Positions 59,501 to 64,000 of a DNA stretch of 64,000 nucleotides are shown here, one piece after another. The DNA is from Auanema rhodensis. Taxonomy: Eukaryota > Animalia > Nematoda. The notes under the pieces were generated by a model. That model was not told the origin of the DNA, ran no database searches, and saw nothing but the letters and a program-made list of their open reading frames with translations. The stretch lies in assembly GCA_964057225.1 (NCBI GenBank), contig OZ059895.1, positions 17,856,001-17,920,000 on the forward strand, read 5' to 3'. Position numbers and translations under genes: made by a program. Every line of letters starts with the position of its first letter. The first letter of the stretch is position 1.

Positions 59501-62500
59501 GTAAATCAATTCATAATTACCCTCAACTGCTGAGCTTCGCCTCGTTCTTGTTTCTATTTGTTTCATATTGTTCATCCACAAACAGTGACTGTATAGAAAT
59601 ATTTTTCTATCTTATTGTAGCCTCTATAGCTCAGTGGCAGAGCGTTGGTCTTGTAAACCAAAGGTCGGTGGTTCAATCCCGCCTGGAGGCATTTTTTTTC
59701 TTTCTGAACACCTCAGTTTGAAGAAATAACATCAGTAAATCAATTCAAAATTACCCTCAACTGCTGAGCTTCGCCTCGTTCCTTTTTCTATTTGTTTTAT
59801 ATTGTTTATCCACAAACAGTGACTGTATAGAAATATTTTTCTATCTTATTGTAGCCTCTATAGCTCAGTGGCAGAGCGTTGGTCTTGTAAACCAAAGGTC
59901 GGTGGTTCAATCCCGCCTGGAGGCATTTTTTTTCTTTCTGAACACCTCAGTTTGAAGAAATAACATCTGTAAATCAATTCATAATTACCCTCAACTGCTG
60001 AGCTTCGCCTCGTTCTTGTTTCTATTTGTTTCATATTGTTCATCCACAAACAGTGACTGTATAGAAATATTTTTCTATCTTATTGTAGCCTCTATAGCTC
60101 AGTGGCAGAGCGTTGGTCTTGTAAACCAAAGGTCGGTGGTTCAATCCCGCCTGGAGGCATTTTTTTTCTTTCTGAACACCTCAGTTTGAAGAAATAACAT
60201 CTGTAAATCAATTCATAATTACCCTCAACTGCTGAGCTTCGCCTCGTTCTTGTTTCTATTTGTTTCATATTGTTCATCCACAAACAGTGACTGTATAGAA
60301 ATATTTTTCTATCTTATTGTAGCCTCTATAGCTCAGTGGCAGAGCGTTGGTCTTGTAAACCAAAGGTCGGTGGTTCAATCCCGCCTGGAGGCATTTTTTT
60401 TCTTTCTGAACACCTCAGTTTGAAGAAATAACATCTGTAAATCAATTCAAAATTACCCTCAACTGCTGAGCTTCGCCTCGTTCCTGTTTCTATTTGTTTC
60501 ATATTGTTCATCCACAAACAGTGACTGTATAGAAATATTTTTCTTTCTTATTGTAGCCTCTATAGCTCAGTGGCAGAGCGTTGGTCTTGTAAACCAAAGG
60601 TCGGTGGTTCAATCCCGCCTGGAGGCATTTTTTTTCTTTCTGAACACCTCAGTTTGAAGAAATAACATCTGTAAATCAATTCATAATTACCCTCAACTGC
60701 TGAGCTTCGCCTCGTTCTTGTTTCTATTTGTTTCATATTGTTCATCCACAAACAGTGACTGTATAGAAATATTTTTCTATCTTATTGTAGCCTCTATAGC
60801 TCAGTGGCAGAGCGTTGGTCTTGTAAACCAAAGGTCGGTGGTTCAATCCCGCCTGGAGGCATTTTTTTTCTTTCTGAACACCTCAGTTTGAAGAAATAAC
60901 ATCTGTAAATCAGTTCAAAATTACCCTCAACTGCTGAGCTTCGCCTCGTTCCTGTTTCTATTTGTTTCATATTGTTCATCCACAAACAGTGACTGTATAG
61001 AAATATTTTTCTTTCTTATTGTAGCCTCTATAGCTCAGTGGCAGAGCGTTGGTCTTGTAAACCAAAGGTCGGTGGTTCAATCCCGCCTGGAGGCAATTTT
61101 TTTTCTTTCTGAACACCTCAGTTTGAAGAAATAACATCTGTAAATCAATTCAGAATTACCCTCAACTGCTGAGCTTCGCCTCGTTCTTGTTTCTATTTGT
61201 TTCATATTGTTCATCCACAAACAGTGACTGTATAGAAATATTTTTCTATTTTATTGTAGCCTCTATAGCTCAGTGGCAGAGCGTTGGTCTTGTAAACCAA
61301 AGGTCGGTGGTTCAATCCCGCCTAGAGGCATTTTTTTTCTTTCTGAACACCTCAGTTTGAAGAAATAACATCTGTAAATCAATTCATAATTACCCTCAAC
61401 TGCTGAGCTTCGCCTCGTTCTTGTTTCTATTTGTTTCATATTGTTCATCCACAAACAGTGACTGTATAGAAATATTTTTCTATCTTATTGTAGCCTCTAT
61501 AGCTCAGTGGCAGAGCGTTGGTCTTGTAAACCAAAGGTCGGTGGTTCAATCCCGCCTGGAGGCATTTTTTTTCTTTCTGAACACCTCAGTTTGAAGAAAT
61601 AACATCTGTAAATCAATTCAAAATTACCCTCAACTGCTGAGCTTCGCCTCGTTCCTGTTTCTATTTGTTTCATATTGTTCATCCACAAACAGTGACTGTA
61701 TAGAAATATTTTTCTATCTTATTGTAGCCTCTATAGCTCAGTGGCAGAGCGTTGGTCTTGTAAACCAAAGGTCGGTTGTTCAATCCCGCCTGGAGGCATT
61801 TTTCTTCTTTCTGAACACCTCAGTTTGAAGAAATAACATCAGTAAATCAATTCAAAATTACCCTCAACTGCTGAGCTTCGCCTCGTTCTTGTTTCTATTT
61901 GTTTCATATTGTTCATCCACAAACAGTGACTGTATAGAAATATTTTTCTATCTTATTGTAGCCTCTATAGCTCAGTGGCAGAGCGTTGGTCTTGTAAACC
62001 AAAGGTCGGTGGTTCAATCCCGCCTGGAGGCATTTTTTTTCTTTCTGAACACCTCAGTTTGAAGAAATAACATCTGTAAATCAATTCAGAATTACCCTCA
62101 ACTGCTGAGCTTCGCCTCGTTCCTTTTTCTATTTGTTTTATATTGTTCATCCACAAGCAGTGACTGTATAGAAATATTTTTATTCCTTATTGTAGCCTCT
62201 ATAGCTCAGTGGCAGAGCGTTGGTCTTGTAAACCAAAGGTCGGTGGTGCAATCACGCCTGGAGGCATTTTTTTTCTTTCTGAACACCTCAGTTTGAAGAA
62301 ATAACATCTGTAAATCAATTCAAAACTACCCTCAACTGCTGAGCTTCGCCTCGTTCCTGTTTCTATTTGTTTCATATTGTTCATCCACAAACAGTGACTG
62401 TATAGAAATAGTTTTCTTTCTTATTGTAGCCTCTATAGCTCAGTGGCAGAGCGTTGGTCTTGTAAACCAAAGGTCGGTGGTTCAATCCCGCCTGGAGGCA

Positions 62501-64000
62501 TTTTTTTTCTTTCTGAACACCTCAGTTTGAAGAAATAACATCTGTAAATCAATTCAGAATTACCCTCAACTGCTGAGCTTCGCCTCGTTCTTGTTTCTAT
62601 TTGTTTCCTATTGCTCATCCACAAACAGTGACTGTATAGAAATATTTTTCTATCTTATTGTAGCCTCTATAGCTCAGTGGCAGAGCGTTGGTCTTGTAAA
62701 CCAAAGGTCGGTGGTTCAATCCCGCCTGGAGGCATTTTTTTTCTTTCTGAACACCTCAGTTTGAAGAAATAACATCTGTAAATCAATTCAGAATTACCCT
62801 CAACTGCTGAGCTTCGCCTCGTTCTTGTTTCTATTTGTTTCATATTGTTCATCCACAAACAGTGACTGTATAGAAATATTTTTCTATCTTATTGTAGCCT
62901 CTATAGCTCAGTGGCAGAGCGTTGGTCTTGTAAACCAAAGGTCGGTGGTTCAATCCCGCCTGGAGGCATTTTTTTTCTTTCTGAACACCTCAGTTTGAAG
63001 AAATAACATCTGTAAATCAATTCAGAATTACCCTCAACTGCTGAGCTTCGCCTCGTTCCTTTTTCTATTTGTTTTATATTGTTCATCCACAAGCAGTGAC
63101 TGTATAGAAATATTTTTCTATCTTATTGTAGCCTCTATAGCTCAGTGGCAGAGCGTTGGTCTTGTAAACCAAAGGTCGGTGGTTCAATCCCGCCTGGAGG
63201 CATTTTTTTTCTTTCTGAACACCTCAGTTTGAAGAAATAACATCTGTAAATCAATTCATAATTACCCTCAACTGCTGAGCTTCGCCTCGTTCTTGTTTCT
63301 ATTTGTTTCATATTGTTCATCCACAAACAGTGACTGTATAGAAATATTTTTCTATCTTATTGTAGCCTCTATAGCTCAGTGGCAGAGCGTTGGTCTTGTA
63401 AACCAAAGGTCGGTGGTTCAATCCCGCCTGGAGGCATTTTTTTCTTTCTGAACACCTCAGTTTGAAGAAATAACATCTGTAAATCAATTCAGAATTACCC
63501 TCACCTGCTGAGCTTCGCCTCGTTCTTGTTTATATTTGTTTCATATTGTTCATCCACAAACAGTGACTGTATAGAAATATTTTTCTATCTTATTGTAGCC
63601 TCTATAGCCTAGTGGCAGAGCGTTGGTCTTGTAAACCAAAGGTCGGTGGTTCAATCCCGCCTGGAGGCATTTTTTTTCTTTCTGAACACCTCAGTTTGAA
63701 GAAATAACATCTGTAAATCAATTCAGAATTACCCTCAACTGCTGAGCTTCGCCTCGTTCCTTTTTCTATTTGTTTTATATTGTTCATCCACAAGCAGTGA
63801 CTGTATAGAAATATTTTTCTATCTTATTGTAGCCTCTATAGCTCAGTGGCAGAGCGTTGGTCTTGTAAACCAAAGGTCGGTGGTTCAATCCCGCCTGGAG
63901 GCATTTTTTTTCTTTCTGAACACCTCAGTTTGAAGAAATAACATCTGTAAATCAATTCATAATTACCCTCAACTGCTGAGCTTCGCCTCGTTCTTGTTTC
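56522..64000 (+). repeat. tRNA-Thr(TGT) array block 5 (~32 units), continues past the window end
   Basis: Same 233-235-bp unit. Confidence 0.95.

Noticed and set aside
2535-63793. Over 100 repeated 60-104-aa ORFs (MWMNNMKQIE.., MFLFVSYC..)
   Set aside because: Translations of the tRNA repeat unit; frames change freely with oligo-T length and many start at TTG

Overview
Eukaryotic, very probably nematode, DNA (short AT-rich introns, a serpentine chemoreceptor gene at the left edge). After a GC-rich minisatellite (1.8-2.5 kb) the window is a tandem array of ~234-bp units, each carrying one tRNA-Thr(TGT) gene. I estimate ~145 units from block lengths; about 19 carry internally deleted tRNAs, and the 26.4-32.8 kb block is inverted. 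Three LTR-retrotransposon families interrupt the array. (A) An apparently intact 12.07-kb Ty3/gypsy provirus (10715-22783, - strand) has 366-bp LTRs with non-canonical CG...CG termini, a CCCT target-site duplication and a tRNA-Gln PBS. Its single ~2900-codon ORF places a herpesvirus-gB-like (class III) envelope glycoprotein BETWEEN Gag and protease-RT-RNaseH-integrase. Its long 5' leader also holds a predicted spliced antisense gene. (B) Rearranged fragments of a sister family share the same architecture and include a 1.4-kb inverted duplication. (C) A 3'-truncated BEL/Pao element has a tRNA-Gly PBS. The best candidate for a novel system is the Gag-Env-Pol single-polyprotein endogenous virus family living in a tRNA gene array. 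All homology calls were made by eye from motifs; no searches were run.
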